Positions 27,098 through 40,348 are shown, counted from the first letter of the stretch. The stretch is 64,000 bases of DNA from Octopus vulgaris (GCA_951406725.2 OX597831.1:24614001-24678000), one strand, 5' to 3'. Numbers and translations are program-made. Notes: generated by a model from the sequence alone, not told the origin.

Positions 27098-27445
27098 CCT
27101 TTTAACTTGTTTCAATAATTTGACTGCAGCCATGCTGCAGCACCTAGTACTTATTTTATCAGTCTCTTTCGCCAAACCGCTAAGTTACAGGGACATGAGC
27201 ACACCACCATCGGTTGTCAAGCGATGTTGGGGAACAAACAGACACACAAACATATACACATATATATATATATATATATATACATATATACGACAGGCTT
27301 CTTTCAGTTTCCATCTACCAAATCCACTTTGGTTGGCCCGAGGCTCTAGTAGAAGACACTTGCCCAAGGTGCCACACAGTGGGAATGAACTCGGAACCAT
27401 GTGGTTGGTAAGCAAGCTACTTACCACACGGCCACTCTTGCACCT
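27098..27445 (-). mobile_element. SINE family A with internal deletions
   Basis: Reverse-complement head and tail. Confidence 0.85.
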
Positions 27446-27607
27446 AGTATAATTTCTTTTGACTTTTTACCTTGTGAGTTCAAATCCTGCTGGAGTCATC
27501 TATGCTTTCATCCTTTCAGGGTCGGTAAAATAAAGTACTATTTAAATACTGGGGTGGATGGTATTAACCTAACCCTCCCCTTAAAATTGCTAGTTTTGTG
27601 TCAGAAT

Positions 27608-28053
27608 TGTTATTATTTCTCTTTATCACAGGTTTTTTTGGAGCTACTGGAGTCTTGCATGCATCGTGGGCTTGCTACTTGCAGCCCACGGTACCATGCT
27701 ATTTGTTCTTTTCGGCTATCTAATCTTTTCCTGATTATACTGGCCGTACCAAGGAGGCAAACCTTTTGTAACAGCTTCACTGGGTACTCTATTCCAATTT
27801 CCTTTATATTCCTCTTGATGCCTTTTGATATTGTTCCCAAATACCCAACAATAATTGACACTATCTTCACCTTCTTTATTTTCCATAGATGGGCTATTTC
27901 ATGCTTAAGAGGGTTGTATTTATCTATCTTTTTGCTTTCCTTCTTGACTGTTCATGAGCAAAGAGACATGGAATATCAACTATATAGCGTATGTGGTGCA
28001 TCTTGTCCACCACCACTATGTCCAGTCTGTTATGCTCTAGCACCTGATCTGTT
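27608..28053 (-). mobile_element. 3' fragment of a non-LTR retrotransposon with restriction-like endonuclease (R4/Dong-like), disrupted
   Basis: Minus-strand translation TDQVLEHNRLDIVVVDKMHHIRYIVDIPC..KKIDKYNPLKHEIAHLWKIKKVKIVSIIVGYLGTISKG..LLQKVCLLGTASIIRKRL matches the RPD..D..K..KY RLE pattern; ends in AATAATAA. Confidence 0.85.
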
Positions 28054-28054
28054 T

Positions 28055-28230
28055 GGAGGAGGGTGATAGTTGATTACATTGATCCCAATGTTTAACTGAT
28101 ACTCATTTCATCGACCCTGAAAGAATGAAAAGCAAAGTTTCCCTCAGCAGAATTTGAACTCAGATTGTAAAGATGGACAAAATGACACTAAGCCTTTTGC
28201 CTGGCATGCTAACGACTGCCAGACCGCCAC
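28055..28230 (-). mobile_element. Old SINE family B
   Basis: Reverse-complement GGTGGCGGTCTGGCAG head and central block. Confidence 0.75.
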
Positions 28231-28231
28231 C

Positions 28232-28281
28232 ATAATAATAATAATAATAATAATAATGATGATAATAATAATAACAACAAC

Positions 28282-28348
<67 letters not shown>

Positions 28349-28391
28349 GTAATAAGGATAATAATAATAATAGTAATAATAATAATAATAA
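28232..28391. repeat. (AAT)n microsatellite
   Basis: Direct reading; gives poly-Ile ORF artefacts. Confidence 0.97.
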
Positions 28392-28742
28392 ATGCTTTTG
28401 AATTAGTCACATGACCATTAGTTTTGAAATGAAGGGGTTAATCAATTACACTGACCCCAATAATTGACTGGTACTTTATTTTATTGATTTCAAAAGAATG
28501 AAAAGAAAAGTCAACCATGGCTGGATTTGAACTCAAAATGTGAAGATCCCGAACAAACACATGTGGCATTTTGTCTGATGGTTCTGCCAGATTGTGTAAA
28601 GTACTTACATTTTTCAAGCAGTGTTGAAAGCTAGATAATATGGGAACACTAAAAAAAACACAACCAGCCACAATCTTAATTATCTCTTATGCTATCTTTC
28701 TTTGTAATGTGTTATAAAATATATTACACAGAAGACAGAACC

Positions 28743-28773
<31 letters not shown>

Positions 28774-29295
28774 GGGAAGGAGAGAGAAAGTGTGAGAGAG
28801 ACGGAGGGGCTGAGGAAGAATTAATTATTGGGTGGGATAAATGTATCTGTTTGTATAACTGTATAAATTGATAATGAACTATGTTTGCTACTCTGCTTGG
28901 TAATAATAGAGCAAAAATATTACATATTCATGAAATATCACCGTCTAATATTGTGTTCTTCGCTGACAAAAGAAAAAAAAACAAAACTTTTGCTCCGCCC
29001 TCTATAAACACACACAAAACATGTGAATAAAGGAAAATAGATCAACAAATCAAAATAATTATATCATTATTTTGTTGTCGTTATCATCATCATCATCATC
29101 ATAAGTAGTAATAGTAGTTGTAGTAGTAGTGGTGGTGGTGGCGGTAGTAGTTGTAGTAGTAGTAGTAGTGTTATTATTACAGCTATCATTAACAGAAGTA
29201 CTATATGAATCCTATGTTTTACATCTGAGCTATGTCAGTCACCTTCATTCGGTGAGCCTTGTTTCAGTCAATTTTTTTGTGTCACTTTCTGTGTA

Positions 29296-29738
29296 GGCGC
29301 AGGAGTGGCTGTGTGGTAAGTAGCTTGCTTACCAACCACATGGTTCCGGGTTCAGTCCCACTGCGTGACATCTTGGGCAAGTGTCTTCTGCTATAGCCTC
29401 GGGCCGACCAATGCCTTGTGAGTGGATTTGGTAGACGGAAACTGAAAGAAGCCTGTCGTATATGTATATACATATATATATATATATATATATGTATGTG
29501 TATATGTGTGTATATGTTTGTGTGTCTGTGTTTGTCCCCCCCCCCCATCGCTTGACAACCGATGCTGGTGTGTTTACGTCCCCGTCACTTAACGGTTCGG
29601 CAAAAAGAGACTGATAGAATAAGTACTGGGCTTACAAAGAATAAGTCCCGGGGTCGATTTGCTCGACTAAAGGTGGTGCTCCAGCATGACTGCAGTCACA
29701 TGACTGAAACAAGTAAAAGAGTAAAAGAGTAAAGAGTA
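29296..29738 (+). mobile_element. SINE family A, full length
   Basis: Near-identical to 18097-18513. Confidence 0.95.
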
Positions 29739-29779
29739 ATATCATTACCATAATCACAATCATCATCATCATGGAGACC

Positions 29780-29813
<34 letters not shown>

Positions 29814-30016
29814 TTGTCATTTGTGCTTTTCTCAATGTTTACATTGGTTATTTTGGTCTTCTTTTGGTCAGCCTGATGCAATAGTAGAAGACACTTGCCC
29901 AAGGTGCCACACAGTGGGACTGAAACCTGAACTGTGTGGTTGAGAAGCAAGCTTCTTACCACACCATCACCAGTAACAAACTGTTCATCATCTCCCCATT
30001 TTTGAAGATGGGTGGA

Positions 30017-30118
30017 TTGAAAAACTTGCTTTATTTGAAAACAAGTAAGGGCTTGCAAGCAAATTTTTTGAAAAACTTGCTTTATTTGAAAACAAGTAAG
30101 GCCTTGCAAACAAATTTT
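30017..30118. repeat. 51-bp tandem duplication
   Basis: TTGAAAAACTTGCTTTATTTGAAAACAAGTAAGG.CTTGCAA.CAAATTTT twice, starting at 30017 and 30068. Confidence 0.9.
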
Positions 30119-30816
30119 TTTAAAAAACCTTCAATATTTACTCATCTAACCCATGCTAGCATGGAAGAACAATCATATGAAGGATCACATCTACAAACAC
30201 ACATGCACACACACACACACACACACATGCTCATTTCAGTTACAAAAGCATAATATGCAGTCAATAGCCATTATGTATGTATAATTGCTGTTTTATCTGC
30301 AGTAGATTTAAATTCACAAGCAAAAATCCAGTAATCCAATGTTTTATCCACTTAGTCATTTCATCTAGATAAACGTATATTTTTTTATTAGTATTTTTTT
30401 TTTTTGCATTGTTTTTATTTATCTAAATGTTGTTTCTTGACTTACAAGAAAGATGCCAGAGAAATCTCTTGCCAATTTAGTTTGACATAAAATGGAAAAA
30501 CTGCTTTTTTTTTTTTTTAAATAAAAATGAAGAGCTCAGTAAAAACTACTACAACAACAACAACTCAAGGTAAATACTACCTGATTGCATTCATAAATAA
30601 TTGATGAGAGAGCAAAGTTAGCATGAATTAAATTTATATTCAATTTGCAGATAGCAAATTGAATTCATAACTGTTATGTAAAATAAAGTAATGATGTCAG
30701 ATGAAAGTAAAGAAGTGGAAGTAAGAAAAACCACAGTGATGTTAACTCTGGCATTGCCAGGAACATGCTGCAACATACCTATGTTCTTCAAAATCACGTA
30801 GCACACTGCAACTAGG

Positions 30817-30849
<33 letters not shown>

Positions 30850-31517
30850 ATGTGCGTGTGTGTGTAAACACAAATGTATGCTTACATGCACACACATACG
30901 CATACACTTGTTAGTAGCCAGTTTGAATCCTGCAAAGTGAAAAACTTAGATAAATCCTGAAGGAAAAAAAAAAAGACGCAGATTCAAACATACATGCTTA
31001 CGTTAAAACGCTCGCGTATATGGCCATCACCCGGTGTATCTATCATAGTTACTTAAAACTATGTTGAATGAAGAAACAGTTAAGAGAGAACCAGAAACAG
31101 GATCAAAGAAAAATGTGAGGGAGTAAAAACTGGGAGAATGTGAAAGAAAGAAAGAAAGAAAGGAAAAGGAAGGAAGGGAGCAAGGGTGTTAGAGTAAAAG
31201 ATATTGCTGTGTTAATGGGTAATGTGTTCTCTCTAGTTTATATAAAATGCTTAACTCGAGGGATGCTGGTGAGGCAATAGCAGTAATTGGAGATGACAAA
31301 TGAAAATTTAAATCAGATTATTTCGTGTTCTGATGTTATAACTTGCAGGTGCATGACTGTGAAATGATGTTTGCTTCACATCCAAGTGATTTAGGGTTCG
31401 ATTTTACTACATGGCACTTAGGGCATGTAGGTATGTTTTGATTCTTTCTTTTTTTTATTTTTTGTATTATTGTCTCAGGTTGATTAATGCCTTTTGAGTG
31501 AAATCTGGATAATGGAA

Positions 31518-31882
31518 GCACTCCGTCGGTTTCGACGACGAGGGTTCCGGTTGATCCGATCAACGGAACAGCCTGCTCGTGAAATTAACATGTAAGTGGC
31601 TGAGCACTCCACAAACACGTGTACCCTTAATTATTCAGCGTGACACAGAGAGTGACAAGGCCGGCCCTTTGAAATACAGGTACAACAGAAACAGGAAGTA
31701 AGAGTGAGAGAAAGTTGTGGTGAAAGAGTACAGCAGGGATCACCACCATCCCTGCCGGAGCCTCGTGGAGCTTTTAGGTGTTTTCGCACAATAAACACTC
31801 ACAACGCCCGGTCTGGGGATCGAAACCGCGATCCTACGACCATGAGTCCGCTGCCCTAACCACTGGGCCATTGCGCCTCCAC
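31518..31882 (-). mobile_element. SINE family C variant (same tail, different middle)
   Basis: Head GGAGGCGCAATGGCCCAGTGGTTAG...GGTTTCGATCCC; 3' ~165 bp shared with 21304-21626. Confidence 0.85.
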
Positions 31883-31925
31883 CATCTGGATAATAGAAAT
31901 ATAGTGGATAAACATCATGTATGCA

Positions 31926-32130
31926 CATGAGGGTGTGCTGAAAAGTTCCTGGCAAAAATCCTGGTTGGAGGCCAAATCTTCTGAGTTCTTTTAAAGGGCT
32001 TAGAAAAACTAAAGGACTGCTGCAATACAGGTGTGAATCTTTGAGGGGAATATGTTAAATAAAATCATAATTAACCGATCCTTCTGTATTTTCTTTTATT
32101 CAAAGCCAGGAATTTTTCAGCACTCCCTTG

Positions 32131-32131
<1 letters not shown>
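31926..32131 (+). mobile_element. Mariner-derived MITE, copy 3
   Basis: TIRs GAGGGTGTGCTGAAAAGTTCCTGGC / GCCAGGAATTTTTCAGCACTCCCTTG. Confidence 0.82.
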
Positions 32132-32173
<42 letters not shown>

Positions 32174-32183
32174 CATACATACA

Positions 32184-32243
<60 letters not shown>

Positions 32244-32780
32244 CACACACACTTAAAACACTAGCTTAACACCTTTCACCAGTGTACATAACTAAAAGAT
32301 GTATACCATTTGTGTATATGTAATTTTTAGCAATGTATATTGGCAAAAGATGTAAAATCAAAGCACTTTCTAAACAAAGTCACTTCTGATATTTGTTCCA
32401 CCAGAGTTGTATAGATAATCCCTGGTTACTTTCGCCATTGTTAAATCAATGAAGCAGATATTGGCTTTTTAAAATCTGTAACCAACCGTGCTATTGTTCA
32501 GAAAAATTTTCTTTTAAATGAATACATAAACTGAACTGTTAGTTCAAACTTGATGATCTACCAAACACATAAATTTTATTGCAGTTCAAATTACATGTTT
32601 GAAATATCACTGAGCTGAAATTGAAGAAATGATTATCAAAGGATCTGAAACCATATTTGTTTATATATTTCATTTCTAAATCGTTCATTGAAATATCAAA
32701 ACATAAGCCCTCTTATACTTAAAACAATATATATTTATTTCATATTTGTAAACTTGTATTTTTTTCTTTTCTAATTTCAG

Positions 32781-32810
32781 GTAAGTAGTATTCAGAATCA
32801 CAGAATTTTG
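32781..32810 (+). other. Candidate 30-nt microexon / recursive-splice exon of an unidentified host gene
   Basis: Acceptor TTTTTTTCTTTTCTAATTTCAG (ends 32780); exon starts GTAAGT; donor TTG|GTAAGT at 32811; phase-0 reading VSSIQNHRIL, other phases hit stops. Confidence 0.45.
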
Positions 32811-33261
32811 GTAAGTCCAAGAATTTCCTCATTCTTCTAGTTATATATCATATTAGTTTCTCTTTTGATGACATAAGATGTTACCTTTCAATTTGGAGAT
32901 CAATGTATTGGAATATTGTGAAACAAGTATAGTTCAAATATATTCCTTATTAATTATAGCCATATCACAGCACCTCTCACTTTCTCTTTCTCTCTCTCTC
33001 GCTCTTTTGCACTAGCTCTGTGCATTGCATACACACACACAAACAAACACATGAATGCATATGTATAAATGTGAGTTTGGATATATCATCCAGAGAGATA
33101 TTGTGGTGGCTCTCAGTTATGTTCCAGGTTACAGCTAACTGCATTGATCAGTATTTCATGCCTATGACTACTATTAGTTGTCAGTCACTCTGTAAATTCC
33201 TCCAATGAGGGATTCCATGATCACTTTGCTGGACTGTAATATAGTCATGAGCATAATAATT

Positions 33262-33380
33262 ATAACAATATAGAACATGGAAATTTGTTCATCCTTAAAA
33301 TAAAGATTATATGCTATATGAAATTGTAAAGTAAAAGAAAACAAATTACGAGAATAAACAAATCTCCATGTTCTAATTTG

Positions 33381-33384
<4 letters not shown>
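33262..33384. repeat. 31-bp imperfect inverted repeat with ~60-bp spacer, next to (TA)n
   Basis: ATAACAATATAGAACATGGAAATTTGTTCAT versus reverse complement of ATAAACAAATCTCCATGTTCTAATTTGTTAT. Confidence 0.75.
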
Positions 33385-33442
<58 letters not shown>

Positions 33443-33603
33443 TAATACAGACAGTCATGTGCAATGTGTTACAAAAAAGGAAAACTATAATTGTCACTAA
33501 ACATGTACTGTCAATATATATGTATACAATTATGTGCTTTCACAACAGCATTAGAGCATTTTTAGCTCTTATTTCTAGCAATGTAGGTGTTCTAACACCC
33601 TAG

Positions 33604-33640
<37 letters not shown>

Positions 33641-33647
<7 letters not shown>

Positions 33648-34180
33648 AAAGCAGGGAATATAATTCCAAAACTTACAGGGAAAAATTCAATTTAACAATT
33701 TTAAATCAAATTTCACAATATATAATATATGTATATAATTTAGTGAAAAACCTCTATTAAACAATTCAATAAAGAAAGACATTATTCACACCACATAGAA
33801 AACATATAGTATTAAAAAAAACTTATTTTATATCAATAATGTACAATAAATAGTAAATAGTAGTAAAAAGACTACGCCCATTTCATGGCTATATTTTTAA
33901 ATAAATAATGATAATAAATTCAATTTGATTCAAAATTAAGTGGAACTAAAATCAATTCTATTTAAAAATATAGTCACTGATTATACTATTATTATCTATT
34001 TGAAAATATAGCCATGAAACGTGCGTAGTCTTTTTACTACTATTTACTATTTATTGTACTTTATTGATTTAAAATAAGATTTTTCATAGTATATATTTTC
34101 TATGTGGTGTGAATAACGTCTTCCTTTATTGAATTGTTTAACAGAGCTTTTTCTCTAAATTATATACATATATATATTGC
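33641..34180. mobile_element. Fold-back element (~200-bp arms) with hammerhead 3' half; probable Penelope-like remnant
   Basis: Arms ~33715-33915 and ~33988-34180 are reverse complementary; right arm AAAATATAGCCAT-GAAA-CGTGCG-TA-GTC; left end AGGGAATA..TCCAAAACTT also seen at ~1723. Confidence 0.7.
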
Positions 34181-34738
34181 TGAGGCCTAGCGCTTCTAAT
34201 AATCCAGTGTTGGAATTCAGTATATATAGAGATAGAGCTGGAGAAATAGTTTAGCACTTTCTACACTGGAATGAGATAGAAGGGTCGTCATAGTTCAAGC
34301 TGTTTCTTATCTGAAGTTGTAGTTCTCACAAAAAGAGATTGTGGACCTTGGCTGATGCAAATCTTATTAAATTTTGTATGGTTCCCATGGTTTGTTGCTT
34401 TTATTATTACCATTCACATTACAGAGAGTATTGGATGCATTATGTGTGTATATGAGTGTGCATGTGTGTGTGTGTATACACACTGTTAAATTTAGTGATT
34501 ATTTAAACAATGTGTTCATAGATGATTAATGGGTTGGATTTGGATGTAGTGTCGAAGAAGGAGTAAGAATTTATGAAATATATATATACACACTCGTTAT
34601 TTATTTCTCTCTTTTAATTGCATTGTTTACATAAAAATATTTGTATATGAAACCCCATCACTTACAGTGTTGGCTCTAAGTTCTACAGAAAATCTGTACT
34701 GTTAACTTCAGAAAATGATAGGTGTTTGTGTGTGTGTA

Positions 34739-34917
34739 TCATCATCATCATCATTTAGCATCCGTTTTCCATGTTAGAATGGGTTGGACGGTTCAACTGG
34801 GGTCTGTGAAGCCAGAAGGCTGCATCAGGCCCAGTCTGATCTGGCACTGTTTCTACGGCTGGATGCCCTTCCTAACGCCAACCACTCCGCGAGTGTAGTG
34901 GGCGCTTTTTACGTGCC
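34739..34917 (-). mobile_element. SINE family D 3' part
   Basis: (CAT)n then reverse-complement tail and GGATGCCCTTCCTAACGCCAACCACTCC. Confidence 0.85.
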
Positions 34918-35140
34918 AATAATAATGAAATTATTGTATACAGTGCTCAGGTGCACAACTTGTCAAAAGTGCATATAAAGCATATGCAGTAATGCACAAA
35001 TGTTTGGAAAATGAACAGTGTATGAGTCAGATACATGCTTGCGTGTGTATGGAGGGGAGAAAATCAGGTGTAGTGTTGGTGAATCTCAGGAAGCATGGAA
35101 GTTTTGAAGGATGCAGTGCTCTGACAACTAACAACTGATG
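34918..35140 (-). mobile_element. 5'-truncated CR1/L2-type LINE 3' end
   Basis: Near-identical to 63422-63645. Confidence 0.85.
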
Positions 35141-36024
35141 CACACATATATATATGGAATATTTGTAAATGGTATTATGTGCATTGTAATGTTAGGAACA
35201 AATTAAAAGAGAACTTAATGAATTTAGCAAATTTAAATAGTATATATACATGTGTGTGTGAGTGTGCCTTAATCATACATGAATTTTGCTAGACATGCCA
35301 ACAATGCTGTCTGTCATTTGTGCTTAATTTTATACAATGTGATATAATTTGGCAAAATTTATAGAATTCTGCTAAGAAAATCCCCCAACAAAAATTTAAC
35401 TATCTTTTTGTTTCTGTGTAAAAGCAATATCTTTGTCCAAGCTTACGTGATATAATTTAATTCACGTTGTATCAGATATATTTTCTTTTAAATTTGTACC
35501 ACTGTGTCAAATATTTTTAATAGGCTTTAGCCAACTGCTAATTCTTCTTCAGGAAGCATTTATTTCTATCCTTAACCCTTCTTTTATATTTTTCAAGAAC
35601 TGCATCCTTTACATAGCTCAGCTAGATAATTCATTGAAGAATAGTAAATTTGAATATATTTAGTAAAATAACTAACTTTTCCATTTAAATTAATATTTGG
35701 AACTAATCTTTAAAAAATTTCTTTCCATAAAATTCTGATTGAAAGCTTGGTTTTAAATGTTGTGATGAGTTAAACTTTAAAACAAATAGATTTTTACTAA
35801 GAGGTGAGACGAGATGGAAATTAGAATCAAAAAGACTGAAATGGAAATATTTGTTAAATCATTGATTCATATATGTCATCAAGTAATATACTGAAAGGAA
35901 ATAAAAAATATGACAGAGGCATCAAAAATCATTGAATTAAATACATTTGGTGTGAAGCCTGGGTACAGCAGGCAGGCTAGACATCCTGAGATTTGAGAAA
36001 GATTGTGAGTTTACAAGATATATA

Positions 36025-36062
<38 letters not shown>

Positions 36063-36138
36063 GTTATGGAAAACAAACATCTTTTCGTTTTCTACACCAC
36101 CTGTCTTCATCTTTTGTTTTTTCGTGAATTCTCCCCCC

Positions 36139-36198
<60 letters not shown>

Positions 36199-36205
36199 TA
36201 TATAT

Positions 36206-36246
<41 letters not shown>

Positions 36247-36391
36247 TGCGTTTATGTTCAGTTATAATAAAAACAATTGTACATTAATCTGATGTATTAG
36301 TCTATACTTTTGTAGAGAACAAATTTATTATTCTTAAAAAAGGTTATTGACAGTTTACTGTCAATAATATTCTTGTTTAAGAACATGTGTA

Positions 36392-36437
<46 letters not shown>

Positions 36438-38455
36438 TGCATGCAGAGAGAGTGGCTTAATGAGGATAAAGAGTTGTAGCACATTATCCATGAGCCATTC
36501 CAAGGGCCTTCAATACTGATGGGCGAAAAGGAGGAAGTTGTGCTTTGATTAGAGACCTACCATAAAAGCTGAAACAGTGGATCCTGCCAAAGGCACTCAA
36601 AGTTGAGATAGTCATTGAACTAGGTGACAGCTTCAGTTTGTCACCTAAGAATAGGGAAGAAATTCTATATGGTTTTTCACTTATAGTCTCCACTCACAAA
36701 GTATTTATCAACCTGAAGCTATGATAGAACTTTAGCCAAAATGTTGCACAGTGGGAATGAACTTGAAACCACACATAGTTGTGAAGCAAATTTCTGAACT
36801 ACACAGTCATGTCTTTGCTGAATATTGCATAGTTTGTAAAATAAAGATTAAAAATAGCAGCAGAAATAATGTCATGAAGACATTTATGTAGCGTTCATGC
36901 AATTTTGAATGATATTATTTGTCGATAGCTATAAATGTATAAGTTTGCCACACACATCTTCATTTCTTATGGTTTCCACTATATTTTCCTTTCTGTTTAA
37001 AGTAATAAATATATCGTTAAATACTCGTCAATTTACCGCACCTCAGCTTCAGTGTATCTCAGAAGAAAACAATCTAACAAGAATATTTTTCTTTTCAAGT
37101 ATCAATTTTATTTTTTCCCCAACGTAATAAATTTAAACTTTATTAGTATTCTTGTATCAAGAGAAAAAATATATATATATAAAATATATCAATGGCTGTA
37201 GTAAAGGTGAAAAATATAATAAAAAAAACAGGAAAGCTATCAGAAAAGTTTTTAAAAAGTTCTATTTTTGTTTTTGCTAACATTCTGGTGAAGGGTATTT
37301 TTTTTTTTGTTACTTCTCAAACTCACCCAAACTTGAAGAAAAAAAAAAACCTTATGGTGAGTAACAAATTAAAATTATACAGTTGATCAATAGTTAGAAT
37401 TTGAGCAGGAAATATTAAAAAGACAAGAAAAAAAATGCTGAGAGAAAGAAACCTATTTAAGAAAAATAAATGCAAATATATCTAAAATATAAAAAAATAA
37501 GTCAACAGTTTTAATATGTATTGATGAAACTTGAAACAAATTCATTACATCAAGTCTGCATGATTGAAATATTTACTTTTAATCTGCTGTTTGTTTGAGT
37601 AAATTAAGACTGAAAAATATTTTTGCTGCTTGGAATCTTTGAACTAAACCATTATGTTAGTAGTTTTATAAAGATTATGTAGACTCAAACTCTTCTTTTT
37701 CTTTTGTTTCTTTTTTTTGTGGAGAATTGGGGTGATGGATTTTTTTCATTTTGTTTTTGTTGAATTTGTTTTATACTAATAGGATTTTTTTTTTTTTCCT
37801 TTCTATTTTGTTTTAATGAAACATTTATATAAAAGACAAAAATGTGTTACCAGTCTGCTTGATGGAACTATAATGAACAAATTCTGTTTTACTTCTATTA
37901 GCAGAGGATGTCAAAGGAAAAAAAAGATGTAATGTTAAATGCTAGGAAATTCCTAACAGAATTACAAGCCAATTTGCAATAGTTTACATAAAGTTTGTCT
38001 GATGTAAGGCTGAATGGGTTTGTTCAAAGGTAGTGGGGTGGGAGGCAGGCATAAATAACAAACTAAATAAATAACTAAAACAAGGATTTTCATAATTTCA
38101 TTTTTATTTCAATGACTTGAAAAATCATTTCTTCGTTCTCACACTTCAGTGGATATATCCTAGCATTACAAGACCCTTAAAATCCATTTCAGTCTTTAAT
38201 TTAAAGCAGTGGTTTTTCTGAATTTCTTGTAGCCCAGCATTCCCTTTCAAAGATCACAGCATGATGCAGATCTTCAAAAGCTGACTCAAGTAGAGTTTAT
38301 CACATGAATGGTGTTTCTTGGTTGAAATGTGGAGAGTAATTAGTGTGAAAGTATGCAACTGCCTTAGAGATATCAATGACTGTGAGGCAGAAGAGGTGGT
38401 TCCTTTTTTTAGGGATATGTACTACAAGGAAATAACAGCAACTATGTTAACAGCA

Positions 38456-38626
38456 GGCGTAGGAGTGGCTGTGTAGTAAGTTGCTTGCTTACCAACCACA
38501 TGGCTCTGGGTTCAGTCCCACTGCATGGCACCTTGGACAAGTGTCTTCTACTATAGCCTCGCGCTAACCAAAGCCTTGTGAGTGGATTTGGTAGACAGAA
38601 ACTGAAAGAAGCCCATCGTATATATG

Positions 38627-38662
<36 letters not shown>

Positions 38663-38875
38663 TGTGTCTATGTTTGTTCCTCCCAACATCACTTGACAAC
38701 CGATGCTGGTGTATTTATGTCCCCGTAACTTAGTGGTTTGGCAAAAGAGACTGATAGAATAAGTACTAGGCTTACAAAGAATAAGTCTTGGGGTCGATTT
38801 GCTCAACTAAAGGCGGTGCTCCAGCATGACCACAGTCACATGACTGAAACAAGTAAAAGAGGGTAAAGAGCAAAA
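38456..38875 (+). mobile_element. SINE family A, full length
   Basis: Head, internal (TA)n and tail present. Confidence 0.92.
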
Positions 38876-39220
38876 GGTAGTTGTATCAGGACCAGACCAA
38901 GGAAGATGTACTTGCCTGACTTGCTTGAAGTACCAACCAAATCTGTCTCAAATCACAGATTACTAATGTTTTTTTTAAAAAAGAAGGGTATATTGAGCAA
39001 TGTAATTTGGATATATCATACCTTAATAAAAAACATGGCTATTCATGACTCAAATGTCTGTGATCATAAAGCAAATTAAGCATAACTGAACTTAGGTTAA
39101 ATAACAATACTATCCAACATATGCCATTGATAAAAATGATAAAGTCATGTTAAGCATTTCAGGAACTATGTAAATAACTAATAAAACAGAGAGTTACTTG
39201 CAAATAAATGTGTTAACATG

Positions 39221-39469
39221 TGACATTATTGACCAAGGTTAATGTGGTCTTTTCCGTAGGCTTTTCTTTCCATGGATAAACCTTATCTGTTTCCCCCTTT
39301 ACACTTTACATCATGACATTTCTGTGATATCCAATCCCTAGTGATCGTTTTTTTTAAGATCCCTTTTGATCGAAAACCTACCCCCCACTTTTTTTTCTCC
39401 CCCAAAAAGAAAAGCTCTACTTTGTAAATTGTCCCCTCCATGTTCAGCCCCGTGTAGCTAATAAAGAAA
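39221..39469 (+). mobile_element. Retroelement 3' segment sharing its tail with SINE family B
   Basis: Ends TGTCCCCTCCATGTTCAGCCCCGTGTAGCTAATAAAGAAA; second copy at 47529-47840 (-). Confidence 0.7.
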
Positions 39470-40014
39470 CATAATATATTTGGGATGATTCTCTCAGCTA
39501 CATTTGCTCAACATTGAACTCTTAAATCACTCAACTATACTCCTGCTAAGACTTTCTTAACAAAACCTCACTCGTCTGTAAACTCTGACTTTCTTCGCTG
39601 TATTCCTTCAACTGTGAACTATATGTCTTTAACACCGTCCATTACATAGAATTGTTACTACACACAACTTGTCAAAACCCTTTTAATTTCTTTGGAGTAT
39701 TTGTTTCCAAGCTGTCAGAATTGTCTTCACTCCATTAAGATTTAGCTTATGCTTTAAATATTATATATCTCTTATTCAGAAATATTCTTGCTTTTAGTTA
39801 AAAAGAAAAAACCCATGTGTATCAGAATAGAATTGCAAAAAGCAGAAACACAGTAAAACAGTGGAGTCTGAGAAAGACAGTGGCCATCTGCATCTAGTAC
39901 TACCATCTTAAGAGCAATACACTGGGGTCCCTACATACACAAAAACTGCATACAGATATTTGCATTGAGCCTAGCCTTGGGTATTACCTGCAACTAGCTA
40001 ATGTTCTACATTAA

Positions 40015-40234
40015 ACCTTTCGTTACTAACCCAGCTGAAACTGGCTCTGGCTCTGAGTACAAATGTCTTGTTTTCATAAGTTTTGAACTAAAATCTCCCA
40101 CCAAACCTTAGTCACAATTTATGTTCCTAACACTAATTTAATGATAACTAAGTTATTTTACTAAATTCTTTGTTATATTTAAAGTAATTGAAAGAAGCAC
40201 AGAGCATCTCAAAATAAATACAGTAACGAAAGGG
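40015..40234. mobile_element. piggyBac-type MITE (220 bp)
   Basis: TTAA target duplication (40011-14, 40235-38); TIR aCCTTTCGTTACT / AGTAACGAAAGGG. Confidence 0.85.
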
Positions 40235-40348
40235 TTAAGAGAGCATTATATGTGTTAGTAACTAATGTCATAGATTTCAAACAATGCTTACCCTGTTGAA
40301 TGACCTTCATACTGTGAGGCAGAATAGAAGTATAAAGCTTCAGGCAGT

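Noticed and set aside
27401-28066. Longest ORF (221 aa, plus strand)
   Set aside because: Runs through SINE pieces and antisense to the RLE LINE remnant; no recognisable domain
31800-31882. tRNA-like sequence with A and B boxes
   Set aside because: It is a SINE head continuous with the SINE body; no complete cloverleaf or terminator
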